Shown: one piece after another, positions 1 to 9,123 of the stretch
How positions within the stretch are numbered: position 1 is the stretch's first letter
Layout of the letters: each line of letters begins with the position of its first letter
NCBI GenBank assembly: GCA_012798335.1
Contig: JAAZNJ010000004.1
Location: 1 to 47,371 of the forward strand
Direction: 5' to 3'
Length of the DNA stretch: 47,371 nt
Origin: Candidatus Woesearchaeota archaeon
GTDB lineage: Archaea; Nanobdellota; Nanobdellia; Pacearchaeales; GW2011-AR1
Translations under genes and position numbers: made by a program
Notes under the pieces: model-generated
Databases searched by the model: none
What the model was told of the DNA's origin: nothing
What the model saw: only the letters and a program-made list of their open reading frames with translations

Positions 1-2262
1 TTCATTTGTTATGTTTTCAAAAGTTGCTATCAATTGGGTTTGGTTTCTTTCATAAACTTCTATTGTAGAAGTATTTTCATTTGAAGACTTAGCATAAATT
101 GTTATATCCCTTGATGAAGTCAAATTAGTTTCAAATTGAAGCCTTAAATAATGATTGTTTGGTATTGTAGTCCAATTATTGTCTTTTGTTTTTATGTAAT
201 CATAAACATCTTCAATTAATGTTTTATTTTCGTATAAATGTTCTGCATCTTTTGTTTTAATTATTAATTCATAAGTTTGATTTGAGAGGTGAGGAACAAT
301 CCACTCAATGTAATCTATAAATCCATCTTTATTTTCGTCAATTGATGTGAAAGAAATTTTTACTTTTCCTAAAGAGTTTTGTAAAGTTCCATTATTAGTT
401 TCATTTGTTATCCAATACAAATTAATTTTGTTTTGGTTAGTTGAAGGTATTTTTTGATTTAATCCAGTATAAGCCAAAATATTTGTATAATTTAATTCAT
501 CTGGTGCAGAGATCACAATTTGTTTTCCTTCAGATAAATTTGTTTCTGTTGATGTTGGAGCTTCTGTATAATACTCAATTTCCAAGTTTGTTGAATTATC
601 CATTATCTCAATTTGAACAGAATCTGTTAAGTTATCTTTTGTAGTTATATTCTCTTCTGAACTATTGTCTAAAATAGATGTTTTTTCAGGGGGATTTGCT
701 GTGTTTACTGTTTCTTCAATAACATTTCCTAAAAGGCCTAACCAAGCAAAAAATTTTTGAAAAACTAAAGATTGTTTATTATTAGATTTGCTTTGATAAT
801 CTGCTGTTATGTTTCTAGTTAAACCTTTCACTTGAATATTTTTATCTTTAACTCTTTCTTTTTTGTTTTTTTCTATTTTATTCACAGTAATATTAAAAGT
901 CTCTTTTGGAAGTTCTATTGTGATATTTTCTTCTTTTGATTTGTTCACAATTTTTTTCCACCTCACAGGTTCTCCAATAATTGCTTGATATTGAATTGTT
1001 TGTATTGTTAAGTTTGTTGTTTCATTTGTTAAATTGTCTATTAAAGTTGTTTGATTTGTTAGATTTAATTCAAATGAACTTGTCTCGTTAGTTAGATTTA
1101 GTTCAAATGAACTTGTCTCGTTAGTTAGATTTAGTTCAAAAGGTAAAGTTTCATTTGGTTCTGGATTGTTATTGACAATTCCTTCTTTATTTGTTTCATT
1201 TGTTTGTAATGCAGGGGAATAATCCAAATTTATTTCTTTAGAAATTGACAAAATTTCTTGATTATCTTTCTCTAAAATAATTTTTAATTGTCCTTGTTCT
1301 GTTGTTAAATTTATCTTAGAGATATTAATTTCAATGTCTTTTGTATTGACCCCTAAAAATTCTTCACCAAACCCGCTTTCAAATTTTTTATATTCGGTGG
1401 TTATTATTATATTATTTCCATCTCTGCTCATTTCTAAAAGATTGTCGTTTAAAATGTTTTCTCCATTTCTAACACTTCCTTTAAGAATTTCAACTGTCTC
1501 ATCTTCTGCAAGGGTATATTTAAAAGGATTATTTTTTGAAACACTTCCGGTTATTTCTTTAACATTATTATTTCCAATAATTTTTCCTGTTATAGAAATT
1601 ACAGATTCCACCCCTTTTTCAGAATCAGATTCTGCATCTGAAAGATTAATTATTGATGTATTAATTATGTTTTCTTGACTTTTATTGAAAGTATTTTCTT
1701 CAATTGTTTCATTAAGAGTTTCATTAATAAGAGTATTAAAATTTTTAGTCGATAATAAAATAAAGTTAATTGTTGGGTAACTTATTTTTTCCCCAGCAAA
1801 CCCATAACCATCTCCATTCCCAGTTAATTGAACATTTTCTAGATAATAATTCCCAGAACTAAGATTTATATTTAGGATAGAACTTAAAGGAATAATTTTT
1901 TCTTGATTTCCAAGACTAACTTTTAATGTACTGTCTGCTGGAATTAATTCCCCAGTTTTTAGTTTTATTATTAAACTTCCCTTAATAATTTCTCCTAAAG
2001 AAGAAGAGGGAAGTAAGTCAACAGTTGCTTTCCCAGTCATTTTATTAGGAAAATAAAAGAAAAAGGCAAAACTTATAACCGCAAGAAAGAGTATTAAAGA
2101 GAAGAATAATCGTTTTTTATTACTCCCCAAATTTTTGCTTTTAGATATTGTAGGGCTAGGACCTAAATACCTTGTTTTAGTAACTCCATTGACTCTATAA
2201 TTCTCATAAAGATAGGGCCCAAAAATTTTTCCCCCCTTTTTTATATATTTTTTATACACCAT
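1..2262 (-). CDS. Large membrane-anchored or secreted surface protein; C-terminus runs off the window edge (754 codons visible)
   Basis: Not in the ORF track because no stop lies in the window. Manual minus-strand translation from the ATG at 2262-2260 stays open and in frame to base 1; I checked this codon by codon at several points. N-terminus has a basic stretch plus a hydrophobic helix (KRLFFSLILFLAVISFAFFFYF). The rest is Asn/Thr-rich with many N-x-S/T sequons. Confidence 0.6.
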   Translation of the reverse strand, partial: MVYKKYIKKGGKIFGPYLYENYRVNGVTKTRYLGPSPTISKSKNLGSNKKRLFFSLILFLAVISFAFFFYFPNKMTGKATVDLLPSSSLGEIIKGSLIIKLKTGELIPADSTLKVSLGNQEKIIPLSSILNINLSSGNYYLENVQLTGNGDGYGFAGEKISYPTINFILLSTKNFNTLINETLNETIEENTFNKSQENIINTSIINLSDAESDSEKGVESVISITGKIIGNNNVKEITGSVSKNNPFKYTLAEDETVEILKGSVRNGENILNDNLLEMSRDGNNIIITTEYKKFESGFGEEFLGVNTKDIEINISKINLTTEQGQLKIILEKDNQEILSISKEINLDYSPALQTNETNKEGIVNNNPEPNETLPFELNLTNETSSFELNLTNETSSFELNLTNQTTLIDNLTNETTNLTIQTIQYQAIIGEPVRWKKIVNKSKEENITIELPKETFNITVNKIEKNKKERVKDKNIQVKGLTRNITADYQSKSNNKQSLVFQKFFAWLGLLGNVIEETVNTANPPEKTSILDNSSEENITTKDNLTDSVQIEIMDNSTNLEIEYYTEAPTSTETNLSEGKQIVISAPDELNYTNILAYTGLNQKIPSTNQNKINLYWITNETNNGTLQNSLGKVKISFTSIDENKDGFIDYIEWIVPHLSNQTYELIIKTKDAEHLYENKTLIEDVYDYIKTKDNNWTTIPNNHYLRLQFETNLTSSRDITIYAKSSNENTSTIEVYERNQTQLIATFENITNE
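1070..1135 (-). repeat. Perfect 33-nt tandem duplication inside the surface-protein CDS, with a partial third unit on each flank
   Basis: tcaaatgaacttgtctcgttagttagatttagt occurs at 1070-1102 and 1103-1135. In frame it encodes FELNLTNETSS twice, followed by the diverged FELNLTNQTT. Confidence 0.85.
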
Positions 2263-2398
2263 CTTTTTTTAAAAAAATTTATGTGTGGTAATTAATAAAA
2301 AATAGAAAGAAATGTATTATTTAAATATTATGAATAAACATAAAGGAAAGGAGGTTATAAATACAGAAAAATTGAAATAAAAAAAGTTAACCCACAAA

Positions 2399-2572
2399 CG
2401 AGCCTGCGAGGAATTGAACCTCGATTAATCGGTTTCTTCATTGATTTCAGGAATTGTGAAAAACCCGCTGGTGGTTTCCATTCCCAATTTGGGTTGGTTG
2501 CAGGAATTGTGAAAAACCCGCTGGTGGTTTCCATTCCGAAGCCGATTGTGTTATCCTTTACACCACAGGCCC
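2399..2572 (-). tRNA. tRNA-Arg (anticodon TCG) with a ~102-nt intron at position 37/38
   Basis: Exons are 2572-2536 and 2433-2399. Acceptor stem GGGCCTG/CAGGCTC, D-stem GTGT/ACAC, anticodon stem ATCGG/CCGAT with loop CTTCGG|intron|A, T-arm CGAGG-TTCAATT-CCTCG, discriminator G. Confidence 0.75.
2448..2537 (-). repeat. Two identical 37-nt units, 53 nt apart, making up most of the tRNA-Arg intron
   Basis: caggaattgtgaaaaacccgctggtggtttccattcc occurs at 2448-2484 and 2501-2537 (plus-strand text). Each unit can fold as a hairpin with GGAAT...ATTCC ends. Confidence 0.9.
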
Positions 2573-3014
2573 AATTATATTAAATAAAAGGATTATTAAA
2601 ATGTTATTAAAATTGTATTAAATTTAGTTTTAGATTTAGAAAATTAGGAATAAGAAAAAACAAACAAATTTGAAAAAATTTATTCTTCAAAGTTGTTTAA
2701 TTCATCTTCCCATTTAAGTGTAGCTTCAAGTAAACTACTTAATTCTTCTTCAACTTGATTCATTTCTGTTTTTTTCATTTTTTAAAACCAAGTTAAACCT
2801 GAGTAAATTAAAAGAATTATATTCAATTTAACCCAGGAATTACTTGGATTAAATTGAGTTTGGTTTAATTAAAAAGCAAACTAAATCGTAAGTATTTATT
2901 ATATTCATCTTAGATTCAGTTGCATTTCTCATAAAAAACAAAATAAAAATCTATTTTTATACTTTTCTATAGTCCAATAAATACCTGATAAAGGTAAAAA
3001 CAGATAAAGAGGAG

Positions 3015-4064
3015 TTAAGAAAAATTCTCTAAATTTTTCAATAAATTTTCTCTAAATTTTTCAATGTCTTCTATTCTCATGCTAGCCCCAACAGCATTTT
3101 CATGACCCCCTCCTGTAGAATAAGGGAGATCTTTTAAAGATTTTAAAATAAGTTTTTTTATATTTTTTCCTCTTGCTGAGATATTGGCTTTTATTCCTGA
3201 AAAATAAACAACAATAATTATTTTATTGGGAAATATATAATTTAATTTATTGGCTAAATCAGAGCTTATACTTATATCCCCCCCATATTGAAAAAAAAGA
3301 ATTTTATTTTGATCGTTTAAAGAGATAGCTTTTTCAACCAGTTTGTTTATTTTTTTGGATATTTGATTAAATTTTAAATGCATTTCAATATTTTTAGGAG
3401 ATTCTTCTAGTATTTCATAAGGAGATTTTGCAGAAATTAAAAATTTTAACATTTTGTTTACATGAGTCGTACTGTCTTTTAAACCATAAGACATAAGATT
3501 TGAGATAGTTCCTATAGGAGAATTATAAAAAATTTTAAATGAATCTTTTGAGTTAAATGATAAATCTGGATATTTCTTCACAAATTCTCCATAAAAATCA
3601 GGGGTAAATCTGTCTGAAATACATCCGATTAAAGCAATCCATAAATCTTCTTTTTTTTCAGTTGCTTTATAGCAAAGATAAGTTGTTGGCTCATTAGTTT
3701 TTTCTTCATTTAAACAAGGATTAAAATAGTTAATATCTTCTGGAACAAAGAGATTATCCATTTTATGATGATCAATCCAAACAACAGGAAGATTTATTCT
3801 TTTTACTTCTTCAAAAAAAGATTTAGAAACTAAAGGTTTATCCAAAATAAAAATATAATCAGATTTAAATTCTTCTATCCTTCTAAAATAATCCAGATTC
3901 ATTTCAGGAAAAGACCTTATAGGTATACCTACTCCTTTATTTACGTATCTCTGCAAGATTAAAAAAGAGCATAATCCATCAGGGTCATTATCAAAGAAAA
4001 ATATAGGATTTTGTGCTTTTAATAAATGCTCTTTAATCTTTTTTAATTCTTCTTTAGACAACAT
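3015..4064 (-). CDS. DHH-family phosphoesterase (RecJ/NrnA-like, DHH + DHHA1)
   Basis: Motifs read in the translation: DNDPDG, VWIDHH, and GGGHENAVGA (the DHHA1 GGGH motif). Confidence 0.75.
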   Translation of the reverse strand: MLSKEELKKIKEHLLKAQNPIFFFDNDPDGLCSFLILQRYVNKGVGIPIRSFPEMNLDYFRRIEEFKSDYIFILDKPLVSKSFFEEVKRINLPVVWIDHHKMDNLFVPEDINYFNPCLNEEKTNEPTTYLCYKATEKKEDLWIALIGCISDRFTPDFYGEFVKKYPDLSFNSKDSFKIFYNSPIGTISNLMSYGLKDSTTHVNKMLKFLISAKSPYEILEESPKNIEMHLKFNQISKKINKLVEKAISLNDQNKILFFQYGGDISISSDLANKLNYIFPNKIIIVVYFSGIKANISARGKNIKKLILKSLKDLPYSTGGGHENAVGASMRIEDIEKFRENLLKNLENFS

Positions 4065-4086
4065 ATAAAAAAGAAAGTGTTTTAAT

Positions 4087-5142
4087 TTAAAAATCCTCTT
4101 TTATTTCAGTTTTTAATTTTTTATATCCAAAAAAGTCAGTAGCATAATTATAGGCTCCTGCATTTAAAAAAGTGATTTTATCGCCAATTTTTATATTTTT
4201 TTTCAGCTTAACTCTATATCTAAAAATATCATCTCGAGTAGGAGAATTTCCTTTAATTAAAAAAAATTTTCCATCTTCCTCTTCTTTTAATTCTTGTTCA
4301 ACAAGCATTTTTGTTCCTGTCAATAAGTTGTCTAAAGCACAGTTATATAAACTAGTGTTTATAATGATATTGTTATCCTGTATCTGAATTATTCTTGTTT
4401 CAAGTTTTATACAAGGAGCAGATATAAATCTACCAGGTTCAATAATTGTTTCTATTCCTTTTTTATCAAGCCAGTCTTTTACTTCTTTAAGTTTTGAAAA
4501 AATATACCCAAATACCTCTTTATTCATACTTATATATCTAGAGGGTAAACCGCCACCAAGATTAACCATTTTTATCTCTTCTAAGATTTCTTCTGGCAAT
4601 GAATCTTTTATCTCTTCTAAGATTTCCCATTCTGTAAGATTTTGAGATTTTCTATGAATATGAATTCCTAATTTTTCTATATATTTATTCTTACTTATTT
4701 TTTTAATAATCTCTAAGATTTTATTAGAAGGAAGCCCATACACAAAATATTTTCCTGTTCCAATTCTATGCTCTTCAAATTTCATCCTTAATAAAAGCTC
4801 AATTTTAGATTTTTTATTTTTTATAACTTCTAACAAATTAGATAAATCAATTTCATTATCAATTACATATTTTTTTATTCCTTTTTTTAGAAGTTGTTCT
4901 ATCTTATTCTTTGATTGAGCCTGAAGAAAAAACCAGATTCTACTTTTGTTTTTAATATCTTTAATTTCTTGTTCTGCATGAATAGAAAAATCAATATTAT
5001 CCAATTCTTTAAAACTTTGTATGACTCTTCCCACAGTTTTATTTGTTTTATAAGAATAAGAAATTTTAAATTTTAAATTTTCTAATGTTTTTATTTGCTC
5101 TTTTAAAACTTTTTTTGATAAAATAAATTTTGCTTGTGCCAT
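4087..5142 (-). CDS. PLP-dependent decarboxylase, Orn/Arg/DAP decarboxylase fold (type III PLP enzyme)
   Basis: YSYKTN (PLP-lysine context) and the NLGGGLP glycine loop. Length is ~350 aa. It lies next to the deoxyhypusine synthase gene. Confidence 0.65.
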   Translation of the reverse strand: MAQAKFILSKKVLKEQIKTLENLKFKISYSYKTNKTVGRVIQSFKELDNIDFSIHAEQEIKDIKNKSRIWFFLQAQSKNKIEQLLKKGIKKYVIDNEIDLSNLLEVIKNKKSKIELLLRMKFEEHRIGTGKYFVYGLPSNKILEIIKKISKNKYIEKLGIHIHRKSQNLTEWEILEEIKDSLPEEILEEIKMVNLGGGLPSRYISMNKEVFGYIFSKLKEVKDWLDKKGIETIIEPGRFISAPCIKLETRIIQIQDNNIIINTSLYNCALDNLLTGTKMLVEQELKEEEDGKFFLIKGNSPTRDDIFRYRVKLKKNIKIGDKITFLNAGAYNYATDFFGYKKLKTEIKEDF

Positions 5143-5153
5143 TTGGATTAGTA

Positions 5154-6089
5154 TTATAAAAGATTTTCTTTTTCCATTTTTTCTAAAACACTCGTCATCA
5201 TTAATGGAAAAGTTATAGAAACATCTCCTATTACTGTAGCAGCTTGAGAATCGTCTTTAAGTTTTCCCCAAGATTTTGCTTCTTGAGTAGTTGCTCCTGA
5301 CATAGAACCAGAAGAAGCATGAGAAGTTGTCATATATACAGCATAATCAAAACCCCCAGATAATAATGCTGCAAAAATCGCATAATGTTTTGAAATGCTC
5401 CCTCCTAAAGAGATAAGTCCTTTTTTTTCATCAAAACTCAAATCAGTAGTAATTCTCTCCATGTCTTTTATTGTATCAACAAGAAAATCTTTGTTTTTTT
5501 GTTGGAACATATACAATTGAAATCCAAAAGAAGAATCAGCAATTCCAGGACAATAAATAGGGATATTATTTTTTGCTGCTTGATATAATACTGAGTTATC
5601 ATCTTTTAACATTAAACCAATTTCATAAATTAATTCAGAAGAAGACAATCTTTGCTTTTTTTTATAAATTTCAGATAATATTTTAATTATCTCATCTTCA
5701 AATTTCATATATTCAGTTGTATGAATGATTAAGTTACCAATTCTATTTTCTCCTTTTTCATGTAACATATTATCATCAACATTAAAATTAGAAATCTCAA
5801 ATTCACCTCCAAATGATTTTATTATATCCTCTTCTATTGAACCAGAAGTTGTTACTAAAATATTTGGAATTTTTAGTTTACATAATTGTGCAAAAAAGCC
5901 CCTTAATCCTGAACTAACCATGTTTGATGTAAATGTTAAAAATATTTTAGCATTATTTTTTTTCATACTAAGAATAATTTTTGCTGCTTCTGCAAGTTCA
6001 ACTGCTTGAAAGCCTAGAGAGTTAAAACTATCTACGAGTTCTTCAACACTCAAATTTTTATGCCATAAAAAATCTTTGACTTTTTTCAT
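5154..6089 (-). CDS. dys: Deoxyhypusine synthase
   Basis: Full-length resemblance to DHS. Motifs include SLGGSISKH and the active-site lysine context QEAKSWGK. The 311-aa length is typical for archaeal DHS. Confidence 0.8.
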   Translation of the reverse strand: MKKVKDFLWHKNLSVEELVDSFNSLGFQAVELAEAAKIILSMKKNNAKIFLTFTSNMVSSGLRGFFAQLCKLKIPNILVTTSGSIEEDIIKSFGGEFEISNFNVDDNMLHEKGENRIGNLIIHTTEYMKFEDEIIKILSEIYKKKQRLSSSELIYEIGLMLKDDNSVLYQAAKNNIPIYCPGIADSSFGFQLYMFQQKNKDFLVDTIKDMERITTDLSFDEKKGLISLGGSISKHYAIFAALLSGGFDYAVYMTTSHASSGSMSGATTQEAKSWGKLKDDSQAATVIGDVSITFPLMMTSVLEKMEKENLL

Positions 6090-6243
6090 TTTAAAATCAT
6101 TTTAAAAGAATTATGTGAAATAAAGTTAAGACTACAATTATTGAACAGGAATTGCTAATGTTAAGAGAGTATAGTCGTTTTTCACATCTTTATTTATTTA
6201 CCTTTATTTTTAAAGTTTTTGATGTTTAAACTTAAGAATTAAT

Positions 6244-6900
6244 TTATTTAAAAAGAGAGATTAATACTCCTTCAATTATTCCTGCTATGATAATTAAAAA
6301 AAGAATAATAAAAAGATAGGCTTTAATAGAATTAATAAATATTTTTTTGATATTTTTATCTTTTTTTAAAAAAGATATCCCTAATCTCAAACCCAAACCT
6401 AAAGAAATAAAAATCGCAGGTATCTCAAAAATTCCGTGAGGAAAAATTTTCCACAAACTGAATAAGCCTTCTTTGTTTATAGACAAAGAAGAAACAAACC
6501 CTAAGATTACTCCATTCAAAACAGCACTAATAATAGGGAGAATTCCAAATAAAATTCCAAATAAAATTCCAAAAAGGGTACTTTTAAGATTATTAAAGAT
6601 AATAAAAAAGATTAATTCTATAGTTGAAAGCCCTTTTGTTTGTTCGGCTATTTTTTTTATAAAATTTATTAATTGTTCTTGTATACCTAAAGGAAATTTT
6701 ATTAAAAGGCCTATTAAAAAAGAAATAAAAAAGATTAAAGAAATAATGTAAATAAATTTTTTTGATTCTTTAATAAAATTTAGAGAATTACTTAATCCAT
6801 TAATAAATCCAGGTTTAGATAAATTTAATTTATTAAAAAATTTAAAATTCTTTTTTTTCTTTAATCTTTTCTTTTTTTGTTTGTTAAGGTTTTTAAACAT
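6244..6900 (-). CDS. SpoIIM-like (DUF95) integral membrane protein
   Basis: Multiple hydrophobic helices. FPHGIFEIPAIFIS is characteristic of the stage II sporulation protein M family. Confidence 0.6.
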   Translation of the reverse strand: MFKNLNKQKKKRLKKKKNFKFFNKLNLSKPGFINGLSNSLNFIKESKKFIYIISLIFFISFLIGLLIKFPLGIQEQLINFIKKIAEQTKGLSTIELIFFIIFNNLKSTLFGILFGILFGILPIISAVLNGVILGFVSSLSINKEGLFSLWKIFPHGIFEIPAIFISLGLGLRLGISFLKKDKNIKKIFINSIKAYLFIILFLIIIAGIIEGVLISLFK

Positions 6901-6949
6901 TTTTTATTTTTATCGTTTTATTTATTCTGTTCTTATCTTTTAAGGAAAT

Positions 6950-7594
6950 TTATCTAAAATAATTTTTTATAAATAAGGATTTTTTCTTGAATTTTTTTGT
7001 TAAATATAAACCATAAATCAAGCCATATAAAAGACCCCCGAGGTGTGCAGCATTTCCTATAGGGATATTCCCCAAAAGAGAAATAGCCCATAATATTATA
7101 AGCATTAATGGGGCAGCATATTTCATTTTTATAGGAACAGGCACAAACATAATATAAACAGGAAGATTAGGGGTTAAGAATATTAAAACGCCAATCAACC
7201 CAAAAATTGCTCCAGAAGCTCCAACAGCATACACATTAAATTCACTTGGAAAAATAAGGCTAATCAATGTAAAAAAGATTCCAGAAAAAATACCTGAAAG
7301 TAAATAAAGAGACACAAATCTTTTTTCACCTAAAATTTTGATTAAGATATTTCCTATAAAGAATAAAGAGAGCATGTTTACAAAAAGGTGAAAAATACCG
7401 CTATGCATAAACATACTAGTGATTAAGGTCCAAAAATAATATTTGTGAAAAATATTAGAAGGGTTAAGAGCTAAATAATTAATTGTTTCTGATTTTATAA
7501 AAATCAAAATAGAAGAAACAATAAAAAATATTATATTTAAAATTATTAAAGTATATAAAGAATTTAATCTAAAAAATTTTTTAATATTGAACAT
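6950..7594 (-). CDS. Rhomboid-family intramembrane serine protease
   Basis: HLFVNM (HxxxN), GASGAIFG (GxSG catalytic Ser) and AHLGG (catalytic His), in a six-helix-like hydrophobic profile. Confidence 0.85.
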   Translation of the reverse strand: MFNIKKFFRLNSLYTLIILNIIFFIVSSILIFIKSETINYLALNPSNIFHKYYFWTLITSMFMHSGIFHLFVNMLSLFFIGNILIKILGEKRFVSLYLLSGIFSGIFFTLISLIFPSEFNVYAVGASGAIFGLIGVLIFLTPNLPVYIMFVPVPIKMKYAAPLMLIILWAISLLGNIPIGNAAHLGGLLYGLIYGLYLTKKFKKKSLFIKNYFR

Positions 7595-7597
7595 GAT

Positions 7598-8353
7598 TTA
7601 TTTTTTAGATTTTTTCACTTTAATTTTTTTAATGATTTTTTTATTTTTCTTTAATGGTTTAATCTTTTTTTTAACACTAAATTTTTTATTCTTTGAAAGT
7701 TTATTGTCCTTAATAGTATTTTTAGAAATTTTTTTGTTTTGTTTTTTTTCATTTTTCAATTTTTTCTTTAAAAGCTCTTTTTTATTCTTTTCTTTTATTA
7801 ATTCTTTTAACTTTTGTTTTTCAATTTTTTCTTTTTCAATTTTTAATTGTTCTTCAATAAATGAAAGTTCATTTTTGACTTTTGTAAGCTCCCTATTGTA
7901 CTCTTTAATATCATTAGAAGTATCTTTTAAAGATAAAACATTTTCACATTCATTACAAGTAAAATTATTAATTAATGCTTTTTCTTCATTGAATTCTATT
8001 TTGCAATTTGGGCATATATAAAACACTTTTGTTTCTCTACTTTTTATTTGATGATTTAATTGATCTATTTTATTCAAGAGGTTATTTCTTAAAAATTCTA
8101 AAGATTTTAATTTTTCAATTTTCCAAAAATAAGTATACCATCCTTTTCTTTTATCTTTTTTTCTTATAGAAGACACTAAACCATAATCCGAAATTTTATA
8201 AAGAAGATTTCTAGTTTGATTTACTGTGATATCTAATTTTTTTGCAATTAAAAATTCATTTATATATTTTTTTTCATTTAACAGATCCACTAATTTTTCA
8301 GAAGATTTTCCTGCAATTGATATGAATGCCTCTTTTAAAAAATCATTAACCAT
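7598..8353 (-). CDS. tfe: Transcription factor E (TFE alpha / TFIIE-alpha homologue) with a long Lys-rich C-terminal tail
   Basis: N-terminal winged-helix region (ITVNQTRNLLYKISDYGLV...GWYTYFW). Zinc ribbon CPNC...CNEC. The last ~85 aa are almost pure K/E/N low complexity. Confidence 0.75.
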   Translation of the reverse strand: MVNDFLKEAFISIAGKSSEKLVDLLNEKKYINEFLIAKKLDITVNQTRNLLYKISDYGLVSSIRKKDKRKGWYTYFWKIEKLKSLEFLRNNLLNKIDQLNHQIKSRETKVFYICPNCKIEFNEEKALINNFTCNECENVLSLKDTSNDIKEYNRELTKVKNELSFIEEQLKIEKEKIEKQKLKELIKEKNKKELLKKKLKNEKKQNKKISKNTIKDNKLSKNKKFSVKKKIKPLKKNKKIIKKIKVKKSKK

Positions 8354-8474
8354 AAAAAGATTAAAAAAATATGAGAATAAATACCTTTCGGTTTATAGTA
8401 AAAAAGAAAAAGTTAAAAAAAAGATTTTTAAACTAATATCCCTTTTAATATATACATTAAAAGACAATAATAAA

Positions 8475-9122
8475 ATGGGATTATTTAAAAAAAAAGAGGT
8501 TAAAGAGGCGATACCAAGTTTACCTGAACTGCCAGAACTGCCAGAGATTCCTGAAGAAGAAAAAGAGGTTAAAGAAGCAATACCAAGTTTGCCGGAGTTA
8601 CCTCCTAGGCCTGATAGACCAGAACAAAACCCTGAAGAAAACAATGAAGAAAATGAAAAAATTTCAGAGTTACCAAGTTTTCCAAAAGGGAGAACAGGAG
8701 AAAAATTTTCACAATATAGTTTAAAAAATGCTATTTCTGGGGAAAAAGAGGGTGAAGATGGAGAAGAAACAGATGAAGTAGATGAAGATCAAAGAAGGCC
8801 TAGTCCGTTTGAAATTTCTTCAGAGGATAAAAAAAGATTTACTAAAGAAATTCCGTCTAGAGAAAGAATGAAAGCGAGTTCTCTAATGATTGAGAAAGAA
8901 GAGAAAAAAGAGCCATTATTTATAAGAATTGACAAGTTTGAAGAGAGTGCACAAAATTTTGAAAACATAAAAAAGCAAATATTAGAAATAGAAAAAATGA
9001 CTTTAGATTTAAAAGAGATTAAAGAGCAAGAAGATGAAGAAGTTCAAAATTTTGAACAAGAGATTAAAGAGATTAAAGAGAGGTTAGATTTAATAGATAA
9101 AGACATGTTTTCTGGAGTTTAA
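8475..9122 (+). CDS. Hypothetical acidic coiled-coil protein with a Pro-rich N-terminal repeat
   Basis: The ORF track starts at a GTG at 8226, inside the convergent tfe gene. The first ATG at 8475 (MGLFKKKEVKEAIPSLPELPE...) avoids that overlap. KEVKEAIPSLPELP occurs twice. The C-terminus has PLFIRIDKF followed by heptad-like K/E repeats. Confidence 0.5.
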   Translation: MGLFKKKEVKEAIPSLPELPELPEIPEEEKEVKEAIPSLPELPPRPDRPEQNPEENNEENEKISELPSFPKGRTGEKFSQYSLKNAISGEKEGEDGEETDEVDEDQRRPSPFEISSEDKKRFTKEIPSRERMKASSLMIEKEEKKEPLFIRIDKFEESAQNFENIKKQILEIEKMTLDLKEIKEQEDEEVQNFEQEIKEIKERLDLIDKDMFSGV

Positions 9123-9123
9123 G

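Noticed and set aside
2434-2535. C/D-box sRNA embedded in the tRNA-Arg intron, as in some archaeal tRNA-Trp introns
   Set aside because: Only weak look-alikes are present: AAUGAAGA against RUGAUGA, with CUGA once. The repeated unit lacks a UGAUGA box, so a k-turn cannot be argued from sequence.
2448-2537. Possible mini-CRISPR (two identical 37-nt repeats with a 16-nt spacer)
   Set aside because: Only two copies are present, the spacer is far too short, they sit inside a tRNA intron, and no cas genes are in the window.
2680-2778. 32-codon minus-strand ORF (MKKTEMNQVEEELSSLLEATLKWEDELNNFEE) in the 440-nt gap between tRNA-Arg and the DHH gene
   Set aside because: It is too short to support without homology or expression data. 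It is recorded only because the gap is otherwise empty.
2785-2866. AAACCAA / TTGGTTT and other short inverted matches suggesting an ncRNA between the small ORF and the DHH gene
   Set aside because: The stems are AT-rich and short, expected by chance at this base composition. There is no G+C enrichment such as that seen at the real tRNA genes.
8226-8474. 5' extension of the 8226-9122 ORF (GTG start) overlapping the start of tfe on the opposite strand
   Set aside because: The extension is hydrophobic, low-complexity antisense sequence of tfe. The first ATG at 8475 gives a sensible N-terminus and removes the 128-nt overlap.
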